From a virus (lineage: Duplodnaviria > Caudoviricetes): 64,000 nt of DNA. The stretch is from IMG/VR virus record IMGVR_UViG_3300020598_000119. One strand, written 5' to 3'. A model generated the notes under the pieces. The model had not been told where the DNA came from, did no database searches, and was given only the letters and a program-made list of their open reading frames with translations. A program made the translations under genes and the position numbers. Of this stretch, positions 13,744 to 23,874 are shown piece after piece (within the stretch, counting starts at the first letter, position 1; every line of letters begins with the position of its first letter).

Positions 13744-14730
13744 ATGACTATTCTTGTGACGGGCGGAGCAGGGTATATCGGCAGTCATGTGGTTCTTGAA
13801 CTCATCAATTCAGGACAAGAAGTAGTGATCCTGGATGATTTATCTGTAGGCCGCAGATCAGCCCTTGATAACGACGTAATGCTCTATATGGGCGACATAG
13901 GAGACACCGGGTTTGTGACCCGGATCATCGAAGCGCACGACATCAAGGCCGTCATCCATCTGGCCGCCGTGACTTCAGTCCCCTACTCCATCGCCAACCC
14001 TGAGCAGACCTACCTAACCAATACCGTCAAATCGCAGGCACTGCTCGAAGCCGCACTCCAGGCTGGAGTCTGCAGGTTCGTCTTTTCTTCCGTTTCAGCG
14101 GTGTACGGAGAACCAAAGACAGACAGAGTTCGGGAAGACCATCCACTGGCTCCAAACACGCCGTACGGCGATTCCAAAGCCTCATTCGAAGCCATTCTGG
14201 CCGACGCACAGAAGAGATACAACTTCACCTACGCTATCGTCCGATGCTTCAACGTCGCTGGTGTGGACAAGGAGCAACGTGTGCCCCAATGGCCTGACAG
14301 CCCTACCCACCTTGTGAAGCTTGCAGCCATGGCAGGGATCGGGATCACCGACAGCATCCAGATCAACGGTTTCGACTATGAGACGACTGACGGCACCTGC
14401 GTCCGTGACTACATTCACGTCACAGATGCCGCCCATGGACACATCCTCGCGCTCCAGCGCCTTCAGGAAGGTAAGTCATCAATCACTATTAATCTCGGAT
14501 CAGGAGTTGGCACCTCGGTAAGAGAAGTTGTGGAAATTGCCCGCAGAATTGGAGGGAATAACTTCAAAATTATTGAAGGAGAAAGGCGCGAGGGCGATCC
14601 AGCCATAATTGTTGCGGATACCACTCTTGCGGAAAGCGAACTTAGGTGGAAACCGCAATATTCAAATATTGAGGAAATTATCCAATCTGCTATAGAATGG
14701 GAAAAAGCGTGCACGGCGCACCGTTTTTAA
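13744..14730 (+). CDS. galE: UDP-glucose 4-epimerase
   Basis: TGGAGYIGSH Rossmann motif, YGDSK catalytic motif, DGTCVRDYIHV. Confidence 0.92.
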   Translation: MTILVTGGAGYIGSHVVLELINSGQEVVILDDLSVGRRSALDNDVMLYMGDIGDTGFVTRIIEAHDIKAVIHLAAVTSVPYSIANPEQTYLTNTVKSQALLEAALQAGVCRFVFSSVSAVYGEPKTDRVREDHPLAPNTPYGDSKASFEAILADAQKRYNFTYAIVRCFNVAGVDKEQRVPQWPDSPTHLVKLAAMAGIGITDSIQINGFDYETTDGTCVRDYIHVTDAAHGHILALQRLQEGKSSITINLGSGVGTSVREVVEIARRIGGNNFKIIEGERREGDPAIIVADTTLAESELRWKPQYSNIEEIIQSAIEWEKACTAHRF

Positions 14731-14747
14731 ATATGAAACGAGAAAAA

Positions 14748-14909
14748 ATGTTTGACGATTCCCCGAAGCAAAAAGCTGCGGACACCTGGATCATAGCGAT
14801 TAAGGCCTCGATAGGCATGCTAATTGTGATTGGCACGATGGCTCTATGTGCCACATCTTCGAAGGAAAACAAGGAAGTCCCAGCCACTCCGGTGACCGCC
14901 CCTGAATAG
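14748..14909 (+). CDS. Small single-TM hypothetical protein
   Basis: 53 aa with one hydrophobic segment. Confidence 0.5.
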   Translation: MFDDSPKQKAADTWIIAIKASIGMLIVIGTMALCATSSKENKEVPATPVTAPE

Positions 14910-14918
14910 GAACGGTTT

Positions 14919-15335
14919 TCACTTAGGCGAACTCGAAGGCCATTCCTTCTGTGCTAGGTAACCTTCAAGCAACATGATGATGTTTCGGCGTCCGACAGGA
15001 TTTGCCGAATGAACCTCAAAGGCAAAATCTTCAGGCATCGCACCAGTATCAAGATCGATATTGATCAAAAACTTGGCGACATCAACACCCGTTTCCTTGC
15101 TCGCGATGTCGTGGTCGAATGAAACGAAGGATGGAAAGCCCAATGCGTTGATTGCTTCGATGGCTTCCTGATAATTCTTCGCAATCACCCAGTCTCCAAG
15201 ATGCTGCAAGAATGGCGGGTTCTTCGGCAGTCCTGCTCGCATTCGCCAGCCAGGATTCTCGACCGAGATATCCGGCCTGCGTGCATCGTCAGCATCGTCG
15301 TCAAGATAAAGACGCCAAGCAGTAATTTCTGTCAT
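14919..15335 (-). CDS. Cyclic-phosphate processing receiver (cREC) domain protein
   Basis: LYLDD..R, SFDHD, TG.DVAK, VHSANPVG motifs typical of this receiver-fold phosphoesterase family. Confidence 0.8.
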   Translation of the reverse strand: MTEITAWRLYLDDDADDARRPDISVENPGWRMRAGLPKNPPFLQHLGDWVIAKNYQEAIEAINALGFPSFVSFDHDIASKETGVDVAKFLINIDLDTGAMPEDFAFEVHSANPVGRRNIIMLLEGYLAQKEWPSSSPK

Positions 15336-15467
15336 TCTCAACTTCCTTTAATTCGAGCAAGCCTTTTTATCACATCACGGAGTGAATTTCACGCATAGAA
15401 TTCCTTGTGAAAAGCTACCACACGAGCAAGCATTATCGAAATAAACAGATAGCAGATTGGCACTATC

Positions 15468-16442
15468 ATGAATTTCGCTGGATGCTCCAAATTCGTTTTC
15501 TCCGACCTCGTCGTTTTACGTCAAAAGCCCAACGGAGACTGGGAAGGCTCATATGTGGAGGGCGACATTGTTCAATATTCAGATGAGCAGCTGAATAACG
15601 CGATTTGCGTAGTTCCAGAAAACGAAGAAGGCATCGGGATGTGGGCGGTTCGTGACCCGTTCCGCAATGAACCGATCCGTTATTCCATCGACTTCGAAAA
15701 GAAAGTCGTTAACATCGAGGGCGGCTCCCGTCCAATGCCGCTGGAGGAATTCCAAAAATCCGCTATTCGCGTCACCGACGACGGTAGGTCGCTCTGCTCA
15801 TTCATGCAGACTTTGAATGACCAATATGCTGCCTGCCACGGCGTCTCAGGTGCCGAGATGCACATAATCGATATCGGCATGACGGCCCAGCAAATGCGCG
15901 ACTCAGACAAGGTCGAAGACAAATACAATGTTGGCATGTTTGACATTGTATCGAGCGATCTTCGTGACGGCTTATCCTTTATGGATCTCATGGCCAAAAT
16001 TAATGCCAAAAACGCGCCGACTTACGAGAGCCTTGGCCTCAAGGACCTCTATTCCGACCATCATGAAGGAAGATGGTTCGAAATCAGAGAGAATCCTCGG
16101 TTCATGGTCGAACAAATTCGCGCGCTATTCGGCTCTTATATGGAAAACCTTCTGGACGGCTTCCCCATCGAACGTGTCTCGTGCCTGCAACTGCCTGCAG
16201 GTCAACCTCTGGCTATGTTTATCGAAGAGCATGCCGATCTGGTCTCACAAGACGCACCTTTTGAAGGGGGGAACATCATCCCTGGATACAGGACATCTCC
16301 TATCGGTCACTACCGTGGATACAACGACGAGAAGGATGAGCATTTCGATGTCATCGTCTTCTCAGACTTCATGGGCACCTACGCCTACGCATGGCCAACT
16401 CCTGAACAGCTGAAACTTCAAAACAGAGCGCCAGGAATGTGA
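15468..16442 (+). CDS. Hypothetical protein
   Basis: 324-aa ORF, coupled to the LPD gene; ends ...NRAPGM. Confidence 0.75.
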   Translation: MNFAGCSKFVFSDLVVLRQKPNGDWEGSYVEGDIVQYSDEQLNNAICVVPENEEGIGMWAVRDPFRNEPIRYSIDFEKKVVNIEGGSRPMPLEEFQKSAIRVTDDGRSLCSFMQTLNDQYAACHGVSGAEMHIIDIGMTAQQMRDSDKVEDKYNVGMFDIVSSDLRDGLSFMDLMAKINAKNAPTYESLGLKDLYSDHHEGRWFEIRENPRFMVEQIRALFGSYMENLLDGFPIERVSCLQLPAGQPLAMFIEEHADLVSQDAPFEGGNIIPGYRTSPIGHYRGYNDEKDEHFDVIVFSDFMGTYAYAWPTPEQLKLQNRAPGM

Positions 16443-16457
16443 TAGGAGGAGCCAGTC

Positions 16458-18218
16458 ATGTCTGAACCCACAAAACCGAACAAAATCGAAGACGCTGGCG
16501 AATTCATTGCGGGTGCCCGCAAGGACTGGCACATCAATGCAATGACGCGAGCTGACGTCGAATCCATGACGGACGAAGAAGTTGTTCTCCACGTCAAGAA
16601 AGACAACATTTGGCCAAAGCCCGATTATGAGCAGATGGTCGAAAACGGCATGGAGCCGAAGGCGGCCGCGCTGGTTAAGATCATACGCGACCAGATGGCT
16701 CAACAGCCTCGTGCTTGGCCCGGTGTTGAACCAATGGCTGGGCGCAAAGCCTTCGTAGATCTGGTTGGTCTTGTCAGAGACATGGCGGTTGCATGCAAAA
16801 CCGTCCAAGACGTTTTGGATATCTATCGGCGATACGAAGCCCACGCCAAGGAAAAGAGCCTCGGCAATAAAAAATGGGTGATCTACAAGACCAGGAGCAC
16901 CCCACTCTCTCTGGGCTGGTCGGATGTTGTCAAAGCGGAGGATATGATCAAGGCAGGTTTCCCAGCCAAGGAAAACGACTGGAAGCGCAACATGAAGGTC
17001 GTAAGGGGCTGGGGCGGCGGCTTCACTCTCTTGCGCTCCAAGAAGGTGCTGAAGAGCGGCTTCGAAAGCGAAGATGCTGCATGGGAATGGGCAAAGGAGA
17101 ATGCCACCAAGCGCGCTGCCAAGAAGGACGGCGAGAAGATTGAACCAAAGCGCCCTCACCTCGACAGGCTAGAACGTATAGGTCTTACTTACGACCGTGG
17201 TGATCAAAACATTACGCCTGAGGATTTTCTGGAAACGTTCGGCTTCCGTGGCGTTCAGTTCGGAAATTGGCTCCCAAATGCTGAGCGCCAGCAGGTTCTG
17301 AACCTCGGCTACGAGGCATTGATGGACCTTGCTGAAGTCATGGGATGGGAACCAAAGGCACTCTCGCTTGATGGCACGCTTGGCCTGGCGTTCGGCGCAC
17401 GTGGAAGCGGAAGATACGCCGCCCATTACGAACCAGGTCAGCGCGTCATCAACATGACAAAGCTCTCTGGAGCCGGGTCACTTGCTCATGAATTCGCACA
17501 TGCGCTCGATCACTGGCTGGGCACGGGCACTCCAGTGCAAGTACCAGGTGGCATTCCATCTGCGACTGGGTGGAACATTCCTGGCAACGAGCCTAAAAGA
17601 CTCATACCGCATCGCGCCGAGGCCGTTGGCGACGCGTGTAGCAACACGATGAAGTCGATCTATAAACGCCCTCTCACGAAAGAAGAGATAATTGAAAGGC
17701 TGACGACAAGCTTCCAGAATTACTCGAAAGAGATCGAAAAACACGAAACCTCGATCAAAAATATAATTGAAAATGGGCTTGAAAGAACGAACAAGAAGTA
17801 CCTCAAGGAAGTCGGTCCATGGCTTGATAGCAGAAGGGCGCGAGCTAAGCACGTCGAGGACATGATTGCCCGGATAAACGACGGGCGCGTTACCGATTAC
17901 GGAGAAGGCGACAGCAATTACTACGTCCAAGCCCAGAAACTATGTGGTTCGTCAGACTACTATAGACGTCCGAACGAACTCTTTGCTCGCGCCTTCGAGG
18001 CATGGGTATTCGACGAGATTCGCGAGAGAGGCGGATGCTCAGACTACCTCGTCCACGGGGTGGAAGATGGTCGTTACGCGAGCGATGACTACAAGGGCGA
18101 TCCCTACCCTTCGGGCGACGAGCGCAAGACCATCAACGAGCACATGCGAACCATCGCAGAGACAGTGAAGCCTGAGGCGGAACTCAATCTTGAGACTAGT
18201 GCCGCCCCTCGCATGTGA
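16458..18218 (+). CDS. Large polyvalent protein-associated (LPD5/LPD1) protein with zincin-like metallopeptidase motif
   Basis: KIEDAGEFIAGARKD, FGFRGVQFGNW, AHEFAHALD (HExxH), ELFARAFEAWV..YP. Confidence 0.85.
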   Translation: MSEPTKPNKIEDAGEFIAGARKDWHINAMTRADVESMTDEEVVLHVKKDNIWPKPDYEQMVENGMEPKAAALVKIIRDQMAQQPRAWPGVEPMAGRKAFVDLVGLVRDMAVACKTVQDVLDIYRRYEAHAKEKSLGNKKWVIYKTRSTPLSLGWSDVVKAEDMIKAGFPAKENDWKRNMKVVRGWGGGFTLLRSKKVLKSGFESEDAAWEWAKENATKRAAKKDGEKIEPKRPHLDRLERIGLTYDRGDQNITPEDFLETFGFRGVQFGNWLPNAERQQVLNLGYEALMDLAEVMGWEPKALSLDGTLGLAFGARGSGRYAAHYEPGQRVINMTKLSGAGSLAHEFAHALDHWLGTGTPVQVPGGIPSATGWNIPGNEPKRLIPHRAEAVGDACSNTMKSIYKRPLTKEEIIERLTTSFQNYSKEIEKHETSIKNIIENGLERTNKKYLKEVGPWLDSRRARAKHVEDMIARINDGRVTDYGEGDSNYYVQAQKLCGSSDYYRRPNELFARAFEAWVFDEIRERGGCSDYLVHGVEDGRYASDDYKGDPYPSGDERKTINEHMRTIAETVKPEAELNLETSAAPRM

Positions 18219-18234
18219 GCTGAAAAGCAGACTC

Positions 18235-18270
18235 AAAAAAGGGCGCTGAGATCACTCCCAGCGCCCTTCC
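18235..18270. terminator. Terminator between convergent LPD gene and ftsH
   Basis: aaaaaagggcgctg...cagcgccctt hairpin. Confidence 0.65.
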
Positions 18271-18285
18271 CGTTGCCCGAGATCT

Positions 18286-20121
18286 TCAGGCTGCGGTATC
18301 ATTCACCACGCCAGTCACGATCTCTGTGACCTCCGTACCATCAAGCGTCTTCTTATCCAAGAGCGCCTGCGTCAAGCGATCCAGCGCGTCTCGATGGGTT
18401 TCCAGCAAGGTCTTGGCACGACCATAAGCCTCATCGATCAGCTTACGGATTTCTGGTTCTGCAGCAGCCGTGGGCTTACCATTTTCGTCGACCGCACGGA
18501 CCATGCCGATGGCTTCGCTCATACCCCACTCGGTGACCATTTTCCTTGCCAGACTCGTGGCCTGATCAATATCGCCTGAAGCGCCCGTGGTGATGTTCTC
18601 CTTACCCAGAACAATCTCTTCAGCAGCGCGTCCTGCCATTGCCACGTCAAGATCGGCAAGGAGCTTGCTCAACGGTACCGAGAAACGGTCACGCTCAGGC
18701 AGACGCATGACCAGACCGAGCGCAGCGCCTCGCGGAATGATCGTCGCCTGGTGAACACGATCAGACCCCTTGGTCAATGTGGCCACCACAGCGTGCCCTG
18801 CTTCATGGACCGCGATCAGCTTTTTTTCCTGATCGTCCAAAATGAGCGACTTCCGCTGCAGGCCCATAAGGACCTTGTCACGTGCTTCCTCGAAATGAGC
18901 TGCTGTGATCACCGTCTTTTTGGCCCGAGCCGCGACAATAGCGGCTTCATTGACGAGGTTCTCAAGGTCAGCGCCCGAAAAGCCAGGAGTGCCGCGCGCA
19001 ACGACCATAAGATCCACATCGGAACCAATAGGCTTCCCTTTCACGTGGACTTCGAGAATTGCCTTGCGACCATCCATATCCGAGTTGTTCACAAAGACAT
19101 GGCGGTCGAAGCGGCCGGGACGCGTGAGCGCAGGATCAAGCACATCAAGACGGTTTGTAGCGCCAATGACGACGATGCCATCACGAGGCTTGAAGCCATT
19201 CATTTCCGTCAGGAGCTGGTTGAGGGTCGTGTCCTGCTCGCGTCCGACATCGCTGGAGCTGCCACCACGCGTCCGGGCGACGCTATCGATTTCGTCGATG
19301 AAGATGATGCAAGGCGCATGCTTGCGCGCGTCCTTGAAAAGCTTCGCCACACGGTTTCGACCGACGCCAACAAACATTGCGGAAAAATCCGACCCTGTGA
19401 CAGCGAAAAAATTCACGCCCGCTTCATTGGCCACAGCACGTGCAAGCATGGTCTTGCCAGTTCCGGGAGGTCCAACCATCAAGACACCACGCGGAGGCTT
19501 TGCACCCGTCGCTTCATAGGCATCTGGATTCGACAGAAAGTCACGGATTTCTTCCAGCTCGAACTTCGCTTCGTCCTGCCCTGCAATGTCTGCGAAACGA
19601 ATGGTGTTTTCCTTCGCAAGCTCTGGCCAGTTGGACATGCTACCAGACGCACTCCGCAGGAATACGAAGGCCACCAAGCCCAAGAGCGTCAAGAATGCGA
19701 TCTGGAAGGCTATGGCAACCACATAGCTGATAGTTTCACCAACAGACTTATCTTCCGGCCCAGGAAAAGTCACATCGACGCCAGCATCCGCAAGATCCTT
19801 CGGAAAGGACGTCGAAAATAGCCAACGATCATGATTAAGCTTATATTTCTGACCATCTTTTCCGACCGCTTCAACCTTGCTGGACTGAATTTTCGCGGTG
19901 CTGATTTTATTGTCCTTGACCAGCTTCAGAAACTCGCTGTACCCAACCTCTTTAGCCTCTGCCTTCGAAACATCAGTGACCTCGCCTGCCTTGTTTCCAA
20001 AATAATGGCTAACGACTGACCCGCCACTAATGCTAATAAATGCAGATAGGACAAAAGCGAGCATTATATTCCGAAAACCAATTTCTCGGATCGCTTGGAT
20101 TATTTTTTTAATGGTGTCCAA
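18286..20121 (-). CDS. ftsH: ATP-dependent zinc metalloprotease FtsH
   Basis: Two TM segments, GPPGTGKT, IFIDEID, ALTRPGRFDR, HEAGH; TTG start with aggag RBS. Confidence 0.95.
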   Translation of the reverse strand: MDTIKKIIQAIREIGFRNIMLAFVLSAFISISGGSVVSHYFGNKAGEVTDVSKAEAKEVGYSEFLKLVKDNKISTAKIQSSKVEAVGKDGQKYKLNHDRWLFSTSFPKDLADAGVDVTFPGPEDKSVGETISYVVAIAFQIAFLTLLGLVAFVFLRSASGSMSNWPELAKENTIRFADIAGQDEAKFELEEIRDFLSNPDAYEATGAKPPRGVLMVGPPGTGKTMLARAVANEAGVNFFAVTGSDFSAMFVGVGRNRVAKLFKDARKHAPCIIFIDEIDSVARTRGGSSSDVGREQDTTLNQLLTEMNGFKPRDGIVVIGATNRLDVLDPALTRPGRFDRHVFVNNSDMDGRKAILEVHVKGKPIGSDVDLMVVARGTPGFSGADLENLVNEAAIVAARAKKTVITAAHFEEARDKVLMGLQRKSLILDDQEKKLIAVHEAGHAVVATLTKGSDRVHQATIIPRGAALGLVMRLPERDRFSVPLSKLLADLDVAMAGRAAEEIVLGKENITTGASGDIDQATSLARKMVTEWGMSEAIGMVRAVDENGKPTAAAEPEIRKLIDEAYGRAKTLLETHRDALDRLTQALLDKKTLDGTEVTEIVTGVVNDTAA

Positions 20122-20238
20122 AATTCTCTCCTAAATTCGTCCCAGATATTGTCCCTGATAATAGGTTTCGGTCAACCGAATATCCACAGGGAATGGGGGG
20201 ATTTATCGAATTTAAGAAAGGATCGTCCGTTCTGGATA

Positions 20239-20697
20239 TTAATCGGAATACACCCGAATTTCGGGATCATTGTGGTCGAAAGGAATAAGCAGGAAATCCT
20301 CGTCGCAACGGTTTAAATATCGAACCTCGATTTCCACCGCTGGAACTTCGACCTCCAAGGCTACTCGCAGGCGATGATTACCTTCCGCAACCCAGCTTCG
20401 GTTCTCGTCGACATGGATGATGATCCGCTGACCATTGCCACCAAGGAAGCCGTCTTTCTGCATGCTCGCTTTCAACGTCTCGTATTGTTCATCGCCTGGG
20501 CCGTAGCGATACAGATTGCCTTGCTCGATGCCCGACAATTGAATTGGGTCAACGCCCTTATGATAAGCCACACAAGTCGCCTTACCTTCACGAGCGAGGG
20601 CGCGAAAGCCATCCCCAGGCTTCCCGAACGGATATTCGACCTTGAAAGGCTTTGGGGCTTCAATGGGCATCCGCCCAGCAGGCAAATCGAACTTCAT
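20239..20697 (-). CDS. ParB/sulfiredoxin-like N-terminal domain protein
   Basis: LKASMQKDGF...IIIHV...VAEGNHRLRVA motif. Confidence 0.65.
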   Translation of the reverse strand: MKFDLPAGRMPIEAPKPFKVEYPFGKPGDGFRALAREGKATCVAYHKGVDPIQLSGIEQGNLYRYGPGDEQYETLKASMQKDGFLGGNGQRIIIHVDENRSWVAEGNHRLRVALEVEVPAVEIEVRYLNRCDEDFLLIPFDHNDPEIRVYSD

Positions 20698-20785
20698 GTC
20701 TCTTCTCTACGCTGGTGCCTGCGACGGTAGCCGTACAGCCCGCATCTAACAAGAGAGGCCTTTGTGCCACCCCTTTTCAATGCCG

Positions 20786-23785
20786 TTACATCTTCATGGC
20801 CATAATTTCCTGAACCAGCTCCTCGATGATGCCGGATTCAGCTTCATCCTCGGATGTGCCGCCGCGCTCCATCATTACCGCGACTCGTCGTTCGACCTCA
20901 CTCTTGGCGGAACCGTTTTTAAAGCGAATAGATAGACGCCTTCTGGCTTCAACGGCACCAAGCAAATCATAGAGACGATTACGCAGAGCAACGTCTTCAG
21001 CCGTCGTCGAGAATGCCCAGATTTTGGTAGGCCCAAGCGTATTGATCAACAGATGTTCGTGATGGCCTTCCTTGAGCTTCAGGACTGCAAGGAATGGAGC
21101 GCCGCCCTCACGAGGGCCGTTGAGGCGGCTGCGAACGATTGCGGTGCTGGTCTCGTTGAGGCCAAATTGCCGTTGGGTTTCGATGACGGCACGTTCGGTG
21201 CCGACGCCCAAAATCCAGTGCCCAGTCGCCATGTCAATCATGTTCTTATCGAAGTCTTCGAGCATCTGCGACGCAAGGCAGATATGCACGCCGAACTTGC
21301 GGCCTTCGCGCATATCGATCATGACCTGAGCGCGAACGGCTTCCGAGTTAGAAGTACGGTGGAATTCGTCATAAACGATGCGCTTCGGGGTTTCCTTAAT
21401 ACGCCTGATACGAGGAATATGGTAAGGGCGATAGTCCTCAGGAATGTCGCTGATGATATCAGGATTAAGATAATAATCGCGAGCCAGAACAAATCGCGCC
21501 AGCATATACATCAACGCTGTCTGCTTGTCGGCAGGACCACCACCCTTTGGAGCCACTTCGTCAAGATCGAGCGCGACTACCCGAGCTTCACCGATATCAA
21601 AATTGGTCGGACGTTGCAGGATCGGATATTCACGAATTGCGCTATTTATAATACGAGCTGCGACCTCAACGACCTTTTCGGTCGTCATTGTCTTTGCCGA
21701 ACCATGGATGTCCGTGATCTGATCGTCAAATAGAATAGCCTGAAAATCTTCGATGCGAGGAACGGCATGACGTTGAGCCAACATTGCCGTATGGGTGTCG
21801 CCTCTTTTGTAGAGTTCGTCAACGATTTCCCACCAACTGGTGACGCCTGGCTGATACGGGATGGCATAATTGCTGATCGCACGGTCGACAGCACGAGAAA
21901 CATTCGCATTGTAGCGCTTCGGTGATCCTTTACGGCTACGATCACTGTATTTCTCGTAGACGGCGTCGATAGCGACGCTGAGAATACCCGCCAAACCTTC
22001 TGGAGCACGTTCCGCTCCAGGCTCTGTTCCAAGCGTTGTCAGAAAGTTCAGAAGGAACGACTTTTCCAGAGGCAAGAGTTTACGGCAACCAAGCTGGGTG
22101 TCGCATGGATTGATCGAATGCTCATGATCCATTCGAAGGCGCTTGTAGGCGACCTCGTGCTTTCTATTTGGCGGCAGAGCTTCCTGCAAAACGGAAATCA
22201 GACCGTGAGAGGAAGGGCCGATATCGATGATCGCGATACGCGGTAGCTGGGCACCACCCGTTCCAGTCGTCGACGACGGCGAGAGACAGAGTGCCAGATT
22301 GATGGTGTTCATCAAAACCGACTTACCCTTGCCTGGAGGAGCAAAGATCAGGTCGATGAAGGTGTCCTGAAGCGAGGAACCAGGATGATACGGCCAAGGA
22401 CGGCCATCAGGAGTTCTGAACAGAACCGAGCCATACCTCCAAGGAGATGCGTCGCGGTTCCAAGGCAACATCGCGATGACGTCAGGCAACGGAACTGCAC
22501 CAGCTGGGGCCGTGGAACCGACATCCAATCCGAGGGTTGTAGACATGACTGCCGCCATCGGATCACCGACCAGCGGAGAAACATGGCAATAGCCCCACGC
22601 TTCTACTGAACGCTGAAGTCGCGCAGCGCGTTCTTCAATCGTCCGCAAACCATTTTCACCAACATCGGCCCAAGTCGCGAACGAAACTCGGAACTTCGTT
22701 ACGGTGGTTCCGCTCTGTCGTTCAGCCTTCAAGGCCTTGATGGCTTCGTGAATCTGGCGATTGTCACTGTTCGTAATCTGGAAAACCGACGCAAGGAATG
22801 CCTTGACGTCCATCGACCGTAGCCCCTCGCCTTCGATCATGAAGGAGACACGCCATGGGAATTCGTCCTCAAGCATGCGATTGAGAAGATGACCAAAGGA
22901 CTGCGTTTCCTGCGGTCCAATGACCATGTCCATGCCAGCAAAATATTTTGAGCCGAGCTGGACTATTCGAGGCGATATACGCACCCCTTCTCGGTCAAAA
23001 ATCTGTTCTTCCAATCGCGGCCACATCAAATGAGACGCATCGTAGTCCGAAAATTCCGGAGTACGAATATTTATAGTAGTACCTGGAATAGCTGGCTTCC
23101 AATCTGCCCCGACGAGGTCTGGGTACACCGACCACTTCATGACTTTAATAGCTTCCTTCGTCTCAAGGACAGCTGCACGAAGCTGCATTTGCCTAAGATC
23201 GCTGACGAAATTGCGCACGAACGATCTATGACGATCCTTGATGGCACGGCTGACACGCGTAAAATCCTGCGCGTCGGCGAATGATGGCATCATCTTTGGG
23301 GGCACCAGATCGGCGCGAGCGTTCTCGGATTCCTTTTTGGTCAGAATGGACAATCGAGTCCACAGAACCATGTAAAACCCTTCCCAAACGACGTGCTTTG
23401 GCAAAGTCGTTTCTTCGGAATGGAACAGATCGTCCAAATCGAGGCCGAGCTTCTTTGCCACTCCACGGCTAGGACGAACGAGGTCCTTGACCATCTGGGT
23501 AGCGAGATCTGGGTCACGGCAGAACCAAACCTGAATGGAATGCCCCTCTCTGCCTAAATAAGGAGACATTTTAAGGTTCATGTCGTGAATAATGGAATCC
23601 AGTTCCTCGTCGCCAATAATTCGCTGGATACCATCGATACGAACGACCGATGCCATCGAACCATCTTTCCCAATCAGGATGTCCTCACCGTCTGCGGTCT
23701 CCAAAAAACAGAATGAAGACAATGGCTTCTTCGTAAGACTATCGGAGGCAGACCTTACGCTGGAAAGGAAACTAGTTAGTGACAT
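20786..23785 (-). CDS. icmB: Type IVB secretion ATPase IcmB/DotO (TraU-like)
   Basis: ~1000 aa; CFLETAD, FRTPDG..WPY.PGS, APPGKGKSVLMN, IAIIDIGPSS, YDEFHRT, WAFSTTAED..LRN match the IcmB/DotO family. Confidence 0.9.
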   Translation of the reverse strand: MSLTSFLSSVRSASDSLTKKPLSSFCFLETADGEDILIGKDGSMASVVRIDGIQRIIGDEELDSIIHDMNLKMSPYLGREGHSIQVWFCRDPDLATQMVKDLVRPSRGVAKKLGLDLDDLFHSEETTLPKHVVWEGFYMVLWTRLSILTKKESENARADLVPPKMMPSFADAQDFTRVSRAIKDRHRSFVRNFVSDLRQMQLRAAVLETKEAIKVMKWSVYPDLVGADWKPAIPGTTINIRTPEFSDYDASHLMWPRLEEQIFDREGVRISPRIVQLGSKYFAGMDMVIGPQETQSFGHLLNRMLEDEFPWRVSFMIEGEGLRSMDVKAFLASVFQITNSDNRQIHEAIKALKAERQSGTTVTKFRVSFATWADVGENGLRTIEERAARLQRSVEAWGYCHVSPLVGDPMAAVMSTTLGLDVGSTAPAGAVPLPDVIAMLPWNRDASPWRYGSVLFRTPDGRPWPYHPGSSLQDTFIDLIFAPPGKGKSVLMNTINLALCLSPSSTTGTGGAQLPRIAIIDIGPSSHGLISVLQEALPPNRKHEVAYKRLRMDHEHSINPCDTQLGCRKLLPLEKSFLLNFLTTLGTEPGAERAPEGLAGILSVAIDAVYEKYSDRSRKGSPKRYNANVSRAVDRAISNYAIPYQPGVTSWWEIVDELYKRGDTHTAMLAQRHAVPRIEDFQAILFDDQITDIHGSAKTMTTEKVVEVAARIINSAIREYPILQRPTNFDIGEARVVALDLDEVAPKGGGPADKQTALMYMLARFVLARDYYLNPDIISDIPEDYRPYHIPRIRRIKETPKRIVYDEFHRTSNSEAVRAQVMIDMREGRKFGVHICLASQMLEDFDKNMIDMATGHWILGVGTERAVIETQRQFGLNETSTAIVRSRLNGPREGGAPFLAVLKLKEGHHEHLLINTLGPTKIWAFSTTAEDVALRNRLYDLLGAVEARRRLSIRFKNGSAKSEVERRVAVMMERGGTSEDEAESGIIEELVQEIMAMKM

Positions 23786-23874
23786 ATTCAATCCTAATTA
23801 CGACGAATTATCCATTTAATACATTGTCGAATAAGGACTATTCGAGGTCAAGAATTAAAGGACAATCGCCGAAA

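Noticed and set aside
18751-19821. Long antisense ORFs (also 577-1326, 42879-43874, 61463-62413 in an alternate frame)
   Set aside because: They shadow well-supported genes (ftsH, pyrG, sbcB-like, pilB) and lack motifs or RBS.
20239-20697. ParB partner of the ParA at 38136
   Set aside because: Only the ParB/Srx N-terminal motif is present with no HTH, and it is 17 kb away; the adjacent RHH-like gene is the better partner.
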